From Mizuhopecten yessoensis (Eukaryota), in contig NW_018407282.1 in the NCBI RefSeq assembly GCF_002113885.1, positions 1-64,000 on the forward strand: 64,000 nucleotides of DNA. The letters are read 5' to 3'. Position 1 is the stretch's first letter; each line of letters begins with the position of its first letter. Positions 53,201-64,000 of this stretch are shown one piece after another. A program made the translations under genes and the position numbers. The notes under the pieces were generated by a model. That model saw only the letters and a program-made list of their open reading frames with translations. It was not told where the DNA came from and made no database searches.

Positions 53201-56200
53201 CAAAAATAAATACTGTAGGACTCAGGTGACCGTTCAGGCCCATGGGCCTCTTGTTCTCTCATTATGCTTCAAAATCGTTCAAACCAAGAGGCCTAGAGTC
53301 ATAATATTTGAACTAATTGTAGCATGCTTGGACAACGTTTTGCTCAAATGAACAACCTTGACTCATTTTCGTTCAAGGTCACANGCATAAGCTCACTTGG
53401 CACTTCGTGCCAGGTGAGCTAAAAATCTTTAAAAGGTACTGGTCGCAATTTAACTTTTCTTTAAAGGATTGTTTTAAAACTAGCATCAGATCAAGTAGTA
53501 TATAAATTATAAAAGTTTACTTAGGCCAAATAAAAATATAGCTGTGTTTCCCGTTTCCAGACCTACCCTATTTTTTATGACGACCCCAATACATTTTATT
53601 GTGTTTTCACAGTAACTGTTATGCGTTACTTTATTAGCCGTTTATAATTGTAAAAGAGTCCAGTCGTGATGTCAGTGTTTGTGCCTTCAGCTGAAGCTGA
53701 CCACCTGAGTCAAATTTACCAGTTGAACCTAGTTGTATAGAGGATTTCAGCAGCATCAACAACTTTAATGTACAGTACATGTGTAGGATTTTGCTAAGGG
53801 TCAGATAGTAAGGTAGTTCAGCTTGGGAGTCAAAGCAGGAGAAGGCAGTTCAGGGTTGGGGAGTTGAGTTAAGGAGTCTTGATGAAGGAGGTTGAGTTCA
53901 GAGGTTGAGTTGAGAGGTCTAGAGATAAAGAGGAGAGTTAGAAAGTTAGAAGAGTTAAAGTGAGAATTGGGAAGTTAGTATAAATATCAGTTTTAGCTGT
54001 AATTCTAGATCTGCATAGTTTTACAGTTTATAGTTGGAGATAAGTTTGGAGTAGAGAGATTGAGTTCACATTGGTGAAGACTTGTATATTTTATGACGGA
54101 TTAAAAAGCTTGTGTTGTAAATATAGTGTTAATATAAATGTACTTGTTTTGTTGTTCAATTAATTTGAACTGGTGGCAGTGAAAATTGAGAACAGAAAGT
54201 ATCAGTTATTGAGTTATATTATACAAAAGAGAATGAAACACTGGTGACCATCAGTGGTGTTTGGATTACTAAAAAGTTGTGTCCAGTAGAGATAATTAAG
54301 AAATGTAACACTGGTGACAGCACTACTGTAAACTAAGTTGGTTATTCCATAAACATTTAGGTGGGTCAAATAATAATTTACGTTGTGTACTTCAATGTGT
54401 TGTTTAAGCCTGCTCAACACCATCCTCGATATCCTGGGGTTGCGCTCACTTTCAATCTCTAGATCGAAAGTGAGCGTAACCCCTGGATATTGAGGATTGC
54501 TCAACACAAAAAGTAGGACTGCATTTTTTTTTATTTGTGTATTTATTTTACATGTATGAAAAATTATAAACTTGGTGCCATCCATACCTTATTTAAACAA
54601 TAAGATATTTTTCGCATTCAGAGAGGTAATCAGGGAATTTTCTTCACCAGAAAAAAAAAGATTTTCCTACCTACCTACACAAATTTTTTGGACATTCATC
54701 GATTCCCTTCTTTGCAAGTTAGAGAATAGTAAGCTTGGTGCTAAAGTCCAATGCTTATTAACTGGAAATCCGACGTTAGCCGACGACATATCCTTGATCA
54801 CAACTTCCCCGCTTTCACTTCAAAAGCTTCTGAACATTTGCTATGAATACAGTCGTGAGTGGAAATTCGTATTTAATCACTCAAAGTGTAAAACTGTTGT
54901 TATTGGAAATTACATCCCAAGACAGCCTGATGCTAGTTGGATGCTTGGACCTGTCACTATTGAGACCACCTCCTCTCAAGTTCATCTAGGAACTATTGTA
55001 AGCTCACAAATGTCTAACGCCGAACGCATCCAGGCTGCGTGTGACAAAGGGAGAAAGACGCTACATTCTATCATAGGGCTTTGTCCCTCAGCATGTGATA
55101 TCAATCCTTTAGTAAAAATCAGTCTTTATAAGAAAGTGATACTACCTTCAATTCTATATGGATGTGAGCACTGGGTTCAACTCGGTAATACCGACCTCGC
55201 GAAACTTAGTCGCTTTCAACATTACGCTGCTAAGGTCATTCTTGGAGCTGATCGTCGTGCCAGGTCAGATATTGTTGAGCCTATACTTGGTTTGATTAGA
55301 ATTTCTGCAGCTATTGATAAGAGGAAGCTAATATTTCTGGGAAAGCTTGTTCTGATGGAGCAGTCTCTCTTAACTAAGCAGATCTTCACAAGAAGACTAT
55401 ATTCATTCCTTCATTTGCAAACGGAAAATGTTGGAAGTGTTCGTGAAAGAGGGTTTGTTCCGGATATTGTGCAGATAATCTACAAATATAACCTGTCGTC
55501 TTACTTGGTTGCACACCTTCGTAACTACACGTTCCCCTCTAAGCTTCAGTGGAAGGGAATAGTGAGAAATTCCATAATGGCTACAGAAAACCTGACCCTA
55601 AAAGATCGACTAAGAAACAACCGTGATTTTGATATATTTAGGAACTGTCACTCCTCCTACAACCCGTACATTATGTTGCGCGCAGCAAAATCTAACAGAG
55701 ACATAGAAGAAATTTATTCATTGTGCAGATTATTGGCAAAGCCTTCGCCACCTGACCAGAACGTTTGCTCCAAGTGTTCCCAGCATTTCTGTGACGTCAT
55801 ATCTCACTATTGCTGTACCTGTGAGTACACCAGCGAACTCCGGGCTCATTTTCTTCAGATGATCCTGCATAAGTTTGGATTGAATGTGTTCAATTACATT
55901 GATCAACATGACACTGCTACCTTTGTTCACAATTTATTAGGTGCAAAAACAGGTCCCCAATTTCAGGATGATACAACTCAAAAACTGTTTCTGATGCATG
56001 CAGCATACTTTGTCATGCGCGCTTCACGAACTCAAGTGAATGGAATGATTTAAGAAACCATGACTAAGACTTTTACTCGCATTCGCGAGGACACAGTTCT
56101 TTAGCTGCGCCCTACCGCGGCATTTTCTGTCCTTTTTTTAATTTTTGCTTTTTTTTTCTTGTACTCAAATATCTCCTTTTTGGAGGAAATAAAATGTGAT

Positions 56201-56860
56201 GGACTATAAGTTATAACGGTCTATCTTAAACTTCAATGTACTGATAATGTAGAGAGAGGGAGAGAGAGAAAAAACAATATTTTCATGTGCTAACATGTTA
56301 ATTTTCTCAAAAAGTGGTTTTGTTACCAGATTTTGTTTCATACCTTTGGTCGAACATGCAGCTTTGTGGCCACTCTTCCAGTCGATGACTTGGTGTTCTT
56401 TGCTACAGTAGGAGACTGCGTGACACTTAGCACACCGTTTGGGCCCTACAGATCCACAAACATAACATAGATCTGTGTCGGGAACAGGACCAGGGGTCGG
56501 TACATCTTCGCTAGGGGGATCTTGACTGTAAAAGTCGTTTTTGCGAGGCTGTTGACTCCTGAACACCAAAAAACTGAGGTTTGAATTTCTTGTTGAACAA
56601 CCCGGATCCCTACATACGAAAACAAAAAGTGTTCGATGAAAAGCAGACGACACTTTGTCATCAGGGGAGTAGACTTGCATAAGGAAAATGGTAGGTTTAT
56701 CACATGATTTACAATGTGTATCTGTGGGAAGTTGCTTCAGAGACAGCCATGATGGTTTTCCTCCAACTTTACTTGGAAAATATTGACTGCGTAGTAAATC
56801 TGGATTTGTTTCCTCTAAAAATCCTAACTCCACGTTTTCATTTCCACCCTTAGTCGCCAT
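50261..56860 (-). CDS. PDCD2: Programmed cell death protein 2 (MYND zinc finger + PDCD2_C), 358 aa, 4 exons
   Basis: Exons 56344-56860, 52117-52400, 51217-51330, 50261-50422 (1077 nt). Motifs [87 protein letters not shown]. Confidence 0.97.
52711..53255 (+). mobile_element. Helentron-associated non-autonomous element (HINE/DINE-1/pearl-like) with internal ~145-bp tandem units
   Basis: TTTTTAGGTCACCTGAG..GTGACCTA 5' subterminal IR, (CGTC)n microsatellite, ~2.5 internal repeats, 3' CTCAGGTGACC plus the GGCCCATGGGCC hairpin and TTGTT end. Confidence 0.85.
53256..53425 (-). mobile_element. Partial second HINE-type element, opposite orientation
   Basis: Minus strand begins TTTTTAGCTCACCTGGCACGAAGTGCCAAGTGAGCTTATGC; a single N at 53384. 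Confidence 0.65.
53521..54694 (+). mobile_element. Non-autonomous DNA-transposon-like element with a TAGGCCAAA terminus, truncated by the LINE
   Basis: Starts TTAGGCCAAATAAAAAATATAGCTGTGTTTCCCGTTTCCAGACCTACCCT. A related CCTACCTACC motif sits at ~54666, just before the LINE junction. The right terminus is not visible. Confidence 0.4.
54421..54498. mobile_element. 78-bp TIR-only MITE with a 9-bp TSD (GCTCAACAC)
   Basis: Near-perfect palindrome CATCCTCGATATCCTGGGGTTGCGCTCACTTTC..GAAAGTGAGCGTAACCCCTGGATATTGAGGATT, flanked by GCTCAACAC at 54412-54420 and 54499-54507. Confidence 0.8.
54695..56195 (+). mobile_element. 5'-truncated non-LTR retrotransposon (CR1/L2-group LINE) in PDCD2 intron 1, antisense to the host
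   Basis: Uninterrupted ORF to the stop at 56053 with RT motifs [49 protein letters not shown] and a C-terminal CxxC..H...C finger. A short 3' UTR ends in GGAGGAAATAAA. The N-terminal RT and endonuclease are missing. Confidence 0.9.
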
Positions 56861-57047
56861 TTTTATCTTTTTTTCTGCATCAAGATCGTAAAAACACTTG
56901 AGGGGGCTGCAACTATAATGCTTTTCGACTAATCATGGTTGTTTTTATTCTTTAAATATACTCGCGTCTAATGACACAGCACTTGGTCAAATTAGAGGCG
57001 AGCATCAACATTTTGAGCTGAAAGTGAAACTTGACAAAGTTGTGAAA
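56861..57047. promoter_or_regulatory. Shared bidirectional promoter region between PDCD2 and PITHD1
   Basis: The divergent start codons are only 187 bp apart (ATG at 56860 on minus, 57048 on plus). Confidence 0.75.
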
Positions 57048-60000
57048 ATGTCAGGACACGGACATGGTCACAGTCATGGAGGCGGTGGTTGTGATGACCA
57101 CGACCACATAACAGAAGCTGAAAAAGCAGCTGCTTACAGCTTGTTTCTGAAAATTGACACTGAAAGAGTTGAATGTCTGAATGAAGCTGTGGATGGCTCT
57201 GGAAAGGATGTTTTCAAACCTTGGGACAAACGATTAGATAAAGAAAAGGTGAAACACGTTATTTAACCGAAGTTTTTAATTTGCCTTCAGTGTTATTCAG
57301 AAAAAAACGAATGTTGAAAAGGGAAAATGGGGAGGTAATTGCATTTAAGAAAATCTACACATGCTAAAAAATCATTGCATCTAGACAGGTATGCGTCTCT
57401 GGAATGATTATTGTCTGGTTGTTAAGTCTGGTACAATGTAAGAGTGCTTGGTCATGATCAATTGTCATTTTGTTTTATGAAAAAAAACTCCCCTCCTTTT
57501 CTAACCTTAAGTCACATTTTACAGTAATGTATGTCAACAATAATACATGGATGTTTTTTGTTCTCCTTTTTTTTTTTGCAAACACTGTTGAGACTTAAAT
57601 TATTTATAAATTGTTGAACGATCAGGGGAAAGCTTGTACTTTAAGGATCCCTACAGTCCCACTGTGGCGCCGTGTTTTTTATGCCCCCGCCATAAAATGG
57701 GGGGGGGGGGGCATGTCTGTCCTGTCCCGATTCAATGTAAATTACACTTAGCAACTTCATTCTTTCACAGATTTTTGTCAAACGTTATACAAAGGTCAAG
57801 TATTATATACGTATGGTTGGGGGCATTCATGTCTTAAAGAAATTTTACAAACCTGAGATCTTAAGTTTAAAGCCACCTTGGTCAGACTAATTTTGAGACC
57901 ATTGTCTTTATTTCAGTTTGTGGAAAGTGATGCTGATGAGGAACTACTGTTTAATATCCCGTAAGTCTTGCATTGTTTCACAACTATCAGCATCACATCA
58001 GATTGAAGTTAGAAGTTAGACTTAACACTTAATCAGAGAGTATTTATAGACCAGTACTTTCAATCTGATCTAAATCAAAGGTTAGAACCAGCTCTGATCT
58101 AAATAAGAGGTTAGACCAAATACATGTACTTTTAATCTAATCTCAATCCATGCATCATATATATATATATGTCTTAGATCCCCACTCTAAAATTACATGT
58201 TTTATTGCTGTGCATTACAAGACAGTGCAACCATGCTACTAGGATCAATCTTTTGGCCACAAAAAAACACATTAATATTACCAGACTTTGCCTCAGCTCA
58301 ATAACTGCCACTGGAGACTAGCATCCCAGTTCTTAAATTGAACTGATTTAGATCCCTTCACTATGACAATTATAGATACAATTGCTTCATTGGCTCATAG
58401 AGAAAAGCTCAATCATGCCTTGTACATTAATAACAGCAATGGATTCTCAGTCAGCCTCCAACCTCAGGACTTAAATAGTTTCTGTGTGTTAACATCGAAT
58501 AGGTTGAGATCCCCACCCTTTATTTGTTCATACAAGGGCATGTGCTTGGTTTGAAAAGACAAATGCACTTATGCTACTGAGATCACCCCTCAGGAACATC
58601 CTGCTGGCCTCTTGGTGCTTGGTTCATAACTTGGAAATCCTCACCGTAAAACCATATAACTACTGGCTTGGCAAAAAAAGACACATATATACTAAATGCT
58701 ACCAGGATTGGCTGAGGGGTCGAGCCCTGTCCTCAGTGACTTACTCCTCAGGTCATAGAAACAATTGAGATCTGCACTCTTGTTACTGTTCTTTCATTTA
58801 CCGGTACTTTAATTATTCTGACATATTTCTTAAAACTTACTAGCTATATGTAGCTGGATCCTTATAAAATCTGAGTATTGAGCAGCATGTGTACATGAGT
58901 AACCTACCTTTTTCCTTGATTTGAAATCCAAATTGCCTGCCATGGCCTCTGATTGAGAAATTTAGGGATATTTTGTTTACTTGAGTTCTATTGAGCTGCC
59001 ATTCTCTCTTTGTGGGAGCAATATACACAGGGGTAAACAATCAAATATTCAAACTTTTTATGTTTTGGAATTTTAAATAGCTTCTTCGGCCTCTCATTGG
59101 TCTGAATAACCTGTAGCTATAACATTATTGGTCCAATTAAGATGTTACTTTGTCAAAGTGCAGTAATGCCGCAAACCTGCACTTTTTAAAAAAAAAAATC
59201 ATTCAGCACTTATTCTGTATATTACACAGATTTACTGGCAATGTGAAGTTGAAGGGAATTATTGTAATTGGTGGTGGAGAGGAGACTCACCCTAATCTGA
59301 TGAGAATGTGAGTATCAACACTGATTGACAGAGTCGGGACAATCAGTGATCAGGAGGTTCAGGTGTTTTTGTTAACAATCAGTTATCAATTTAACAATTT
59401 CTTTTACTAAAAAGTTGTTTCGATAAATTAAATGATCGAACCCAGAAGCAATTAAACACTCATTTTGACACAAACCTGGTAAAGGTGTCGGTGTCATAGT
59501 GGATGACGTCGCCAAACGACTTTAGCTGATGAATGGCCTCCACAATATGGTGACGCTGCTGTCATGTAATTATTTGTAGGGGACAATTTATAATCCAAAA
59601 CAATATAAAACATATACATTGTAATCGTAAAGTTTATCCTTTTCTTTTTTTTTGGCAGTTACAAGAACCGACCACATATGACCTTTGACACATGTGGTGC
59701 TGAACCTGACCAGAAGTTTGAGTTACATCCGGACCCAACTGGGGCCTTAGAATACAGTACAAAGTAAGTCTTAGTACATCACACCCTACTGGGGCCTTAA
59801 AATACAGTACAAAGTAAGTCTTAGTACCATCACACCCTACGTTTACTTGGGCCTTAGAATACAGTACAAAGTAAGTCTTAGTCCCATCACACCCTACTGG
59901 GGCCTTAGAATACAGTACACAGTAAGTCTTAGTACCACCACATCCTACTGGGGCCTTAGAATACAGTACAAAGTAAGTCTTAGTACCATCACCCCTTACT

Positions 60001-63000
60001 GGGGCCTTAGAATATAGCACAAAGTAAGTCTTAGTGCCACCACACCCTACGTATACTTGGGCCTTGGAATACATGGGGCATCAGAATACAGTCCAAAGTA
60101 AGTCTTAGTCCCATCACACCCCCCTGGGGCCTTAGAATACATTACAAAGTAAGTCTTAGTACCATAACACCCTACTGGGGCCTTTGAATATAGTACAAAG
60201 TAAGACTTAGTACCATCACACCCTTCTGGGGCAGCAGAATACAGTACAAAGTAAGGCTTAGTACCATCACACCCTACTGGGGCCTTAGAATATAGTACAA
60301 AGTAAGTCTTAGTACCATCACACCCTTCTGGGGCATCAGAATACAGTACAAAGTAAGTCTTAGTCCCACCCACACCCTACTGGGGCCTTAGAATACAGTA
60401 CAAAGTAAGTCTTAGTCCCACCCACACCCTACTAGGGCATCAGAATACAGTACAAAGTAAGTCTTAGTCCCACCCACACCCTATATCTATATGCTGTCAG
60501 GGTGTGGGTGTATGTGTGTGTATGGGTACGAGTGTATATGTGTGTATAATTATGTGTGATAAATATGTATGACTCGATCAAGTAATATATTTGTCATTTT
60601 GAGTGTGTGTATGATGTATTTATAAATACATAATTTGTAGTTAAATTTCACATAATTGTACACTTTTTATGTTTTTGTGTTTATGTATATAGGTCTAAAT
60701 TGCTAGGTACATTAGTATTTGTACTCTTTTTTATTTCCCCAGACATTCCTTCTTAAACTAATCCAAATTACACATGAAAAACAACATCATTCAAAGTACA
60801 TGAATTTGGTTTGATCTTGTCTAAATTTTAGGACAATATGGCAATCCCAAATCAATAAAGCAGAATTTTTGGCATGTAAATGAATTTATAAATATAAAAA
60901 TACTTTCAATATTTGAATATATAAAGAAGGAATGCTTGATGTAATTTAATATATCAATTTAATCAAAATAAATATTATCGTTATTGTAATGAATGAAATA
61001 TATGTATGAAAGAATGAATGATTTTTAATTTGAGTATGAAAGAATGAATGAAAAAGAAAGAGGGTATAAAGAGAAAGAGGCCTTTTGCATGAGGCTATAT
61101 TATGTAAGAGGGATGATCCCGGGGCACCCCAACCCTGGCATCCCTCCCAAAGATGCTGGGGGAATAAAACAATTTGAACCTAAATAAAAAAAAAATAAAA
61201 AAATAAAAAAACAGAATACAGTACACAGTAAGTCTTAGTACCACTACACCCTTCTGGGGCCTTAGAATACAGTACAAAGTAAGTCTTAGTCCCACCCACA
61301 CCCTACTGGGGCATCAGATTACAGTACAAAGTAAGTCTTAGTACCATCACACCCTTCTGGGGCCTTAGAATACAGTACAAAGTAAGTCTTAGTACCATCA
61401 CACCCTACTGGGGCCTTAGAATACAGTACAAAGTAAGTCTTAGTCCCACCCACACCCTACTGGGGCCTCAGATTACAGTACAAAGTAAGTCTTAGTACCA
61501 TCACACCCTTCTGGGGCCTTAGAATACAGTACAAAGTAAGTCTTAGTACCATCACACCCTACTGGGGCCTTAGAATACAGTACAAAGTAAGTCTTAGTCC
61601 CACCCACACCCTACTGGGGCCTCAGATTACAGTACAAAGTAAGTCTTAGTACCATCACACCCTTCTGGGGCCTTAGAATACAGTACAAAGTAAGTCTTAG
61701 TACCATCACACCCTACTGGGGCATCAGATTACAGTACAAAGTAAGTCTTAGTCCCACCCACACCCTACTGGGGCCTTAGAATACAGTACAAAGTAGGTCT
61801 TAGTACCATCACACCCTACTGGGGCCTTAGAATACAGTACAAAGTAAGTCTTAGTCCCATCACACCCTACTGGGCCCTTAGAATACAGTACAAAGTAGGT
61901 CTTAGTACCACCACACCCTACGTATACTTGAGCCTTGGAATACATTACAAAGTAAGTCTTAGTGCCACCACACCCTACGTATACTTGGGCCTTGGAATAC
62001 ATTACAAAGTAAGTCTTAGTGCCACCACACCCTACGTATACTTGGGCCTTGGAGTACATTACAAAGTAAGTCTTAGTGCCACCACAGGTTAGTCTAATAT
62101 AACATCTGAGGGAGATGTCACAAATATGGTTCGGCCCTACAAATAGACCGACTTCATTCAAATCCGGCTGATCAGGTAAGTCCAATGTTCTACTAAGGGA
62201 GATAAGGTTTTGCAGAAATACAGGTAATCCGTGGCGGTGAACTTCGGCCACATTTAGCCAGCTGATCAGCTGCTTGCTGTTTGACGAGTAGCTTAAGTTA
62301 TCAAAGCATGGTTAGCTTTACAGTTCTTTTCTTGTGTTAATATATTGGTCCTGTCGATCTATTCTGTGACTATACTGAAACGGACAGAATGTTTTGGAGA
62401 GAGTTTCATAATATTGCTGGAAAGAATAGTCATATTCAAGTGGTCAGTTGTATAATTTCAGGCTTATTTGCAGTGGGAAATTTTGTGATATAAAGCAAAA
62501 CGTTAGTGACCCAAACATTGTGACGGGAACTGTGTATTGTAGCTAGGTAGGAACATGTTTTTCACATACATATGGCTAGTTAAGAAAGTATTGAAGTGAA
62601 TACTTTCTCTGCCTATTATTTGGCTACCACAAAATGGCGTCACTACGGTATGAATGAAAATGCTAGGGGTCGCTACTGAAAACAGTTGCATATGAATGAA
62701 AAGTATATGAATGAGATCCATATAAGGAGATATCAGATTCCATATAAGGGCAGAGAGACCATATAAGGTTACAGATGGTGTTAGTGTCAAATGTGCAAAT
62801 CCACATTAAGCAAACTTCGTAGTATGCACGATCCCCTAGACACCTGCGCTACCTAACGCATGTGTCAAAAAGAGGCTGTTGCTTCTAGACCCTAATTTGA
62901 CCTGTGCATTGCAACTCCTGACAGTTTAAACATTATAAGCTGTATTAATAACTTATGTTTCAGAGTCGCCAGATTTAATTCTGTGGAACATCTTTCCATC

Positions 63001-63349
63001 CATTTCCCAAGTAATTTTGGTGCAGACAACACAAAGGTTTACTACATTGGTCTAAGAGGGGATTTTACTGAGGTAAATGATCAGCTTTTAATTTACATAT
63101 GTCAAACTCAAGCTCATTTTAATAAAAAAAAAGTTCAATAAATATATTGATGTTATGGAAACCGAAAATGAATCTTCATTATCCTATATTAACAGGCACT
63201 TTAATGGTTGTCAGTCGATATTTTATAGAAAGTTTTTATCTTCACAGGCCCATCGACACGAGGTAACCATATGTAACTATGAGGCCCGAGCTAATCCATC
63301 CGATCATAAAACTAACTTAATGGACAGTGTAAACCACCAGATCAGCTGA
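57048..63349 (+). CDS. PITHD1: PITH domain-containing protein 1, 212 aa, 6 exons
   Basis: Exons 57048-57248, 57917-57960, 59230-59307, 59659-59763, 62964-63072, 63248-63349 (639 nt). Motifs MSGHGHGHSHGGGGC, VESDADEELLFNIPFTGNVKLKGI, YKNRPHMTFD, TKVYYIGLRGDFTE, ICNYEARANPSDHK. Confidence 0.97.
57676..57836 (+). mobile_element. Short HINE-like fragment in PITHD1 intron 1
   Basis: TTTTTATGCCCCCGCCATAAAATGGGGGGGGGGGCAT hairpin start, GTCTGTCC, and a GGGGCAT 3' IR. Confidence 0.5.
59733..60483 (+). repeat. 51-bp minisatellite made of the PITHD1 exon 4 3' end plus its splice donor (array part 1, ~14 units)
   Basis: Unit ACTGGGGCCTTAGAATACAGTACAAA|GTAAGTCTTAGTACCATCACACCCT; the first unit is the real exon/intron junction at 59763/59764. 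Confidence 0.97.
60484..61211 (+). mobile_element. Poly(A)-tailed retroposed insert (probable LINE 3' UTR) interrupting the minisatellite
   Basis: Unique AT/GT-rich sequence ending AATAAAACAATTTGAACCTAAATAAAAAAAAAATAAAAAATAAAAAAA. The repeat resumes almost in register afterwards. Confidence 0.65.
61212..62086 (+). repeat. 51/57-bp minisatellite, array part 2 (~17 units)
   Basis: Same unit; a three-unit higher-order pattern and 57-bp variants with a 6-nt insertion at the distal end. Confidence 0.97.
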
Positions 63350-64000
63350 TCTAAGAAATATGGGTTTCTCCGCGTATCAACAAGAAGATCTTCCTTTACT
63401 TGTTTACGTTCATACTGTGGGAAGGAGTTCATTCCTACCTGGTGTATGCCTGGAATGGATTTTCTTTGGATGAAAAGTGTATGATAATAACCAGTCTCAT
63501 TGCTTATAATAATGTTGTACATTGCAACTTTTCAGCTATGTGATATTCGTGGTTACACACTGCTTCAGTCTCGCTCATCCAACAAGAGTACAAGAAAAGT
63601 TGAAAACATCTTTTCTTACAGTCTTCACGCTCCAGTGTGATGGCCTGCTGTCATTGTAGTTTTATTCATGTCAAAAATGCTAACATTTCCAAATATTCTG
63701 TGGGTTTTTTCCTTGATTTACGTTTCTTTCGTAGCAATACAAAATACATTTCGGGAGAGTTTTCATAGAAGAAAGATTAATCCATTGCTTACGAAACCTC
63801 CAGAAGTACAAGTGGTTTAATGTAAGGAGTGCTATACTGTAACGTATCCTAGTATCTGATAGTTGCTTCTGTATCGGTAACATTGGCAGTAGTGATCACA
63901 TTTCACCGTTATGTTTTATTATGACATGTGGGATATGTGTAATTCCTAATAGAGGCAAATAAAAACACCAGCTTGATGGCAAATTGTTTTGTTATCTCTC

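Noticed and set aside
54572-54694. N-terminus of the 493-aa ORF as a real protein start
   Set aside because: It has a non-ATG start, and the sequence belongs to a different repeat upstream of the LINE truncation point.
57048-57110. His/Gly-rich PITHD1 N-terminus as a novelty
   Set aside because: A similar HGHSHGGGGC start is a known feature of PITHD1 orthologues.
58170-58790. Recurring AGATCC(C)CAC-like motif in PITHD1 intron 2
   Set aside because: Irregular spacing and too little flanking similarity to call a repeat or an RNA array.
59634-62251. Minus-strand ORFs with 17-aa repeats (GTKTYFVLYSKAPVGCD)
   Set aside because: A by-product of a 51-bp (3n) minisatellite that lacks stops on one strand; antisense to PITHD1 with no gene structure.

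Overview
AT-rich, intron-rich eukaryotic DNA, most likely from a bivalve mollusc (inferred from the gene content and the repeat families). It contains two N-gaps. I spliced five genes by hand using GT-AG boundaries with consistent phases: (1) minus strand, a secreted F-type-lectin + EGF-like gene (~6.5-11.7 kb) with a 1-nt frameshift in exon 3; (2) minus strand, a 21-coding-exon, 830-aa ankyrin + 6TM TRP channel of TRPV-like/TRPVL type (14714-30219); (3) plus strand, MTAP (8 exons, 277 aa); (4) minus strand, PDCD2 (4 exons, 358 aa); (5) plus strand, PITHD1 (6 exons, 212 aa), head-to-head with PDCD2. Introns and intergenic DNA carry CORE-SINEs, tRNA-like repeats, MITEs, helentron-type elements, a 5'-truncated LINE, Penelope-like relics with hammerhead-like motifs, and several satellites. 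The most unusual structures are: a 51-bp minisatellite built from the PITHD1 exon 4/intron boundary (~30 extra copies of the 5' splice site); a 3.3-kb satellite that expanded from inside a SINE; a 78-bp TIR-only MITE with a 9-bp TSD; and a 67-bp repeat present as 12 versus ~2 copies in a duplicated segment. No database searches were run, so family assignments rest on motif recognition.
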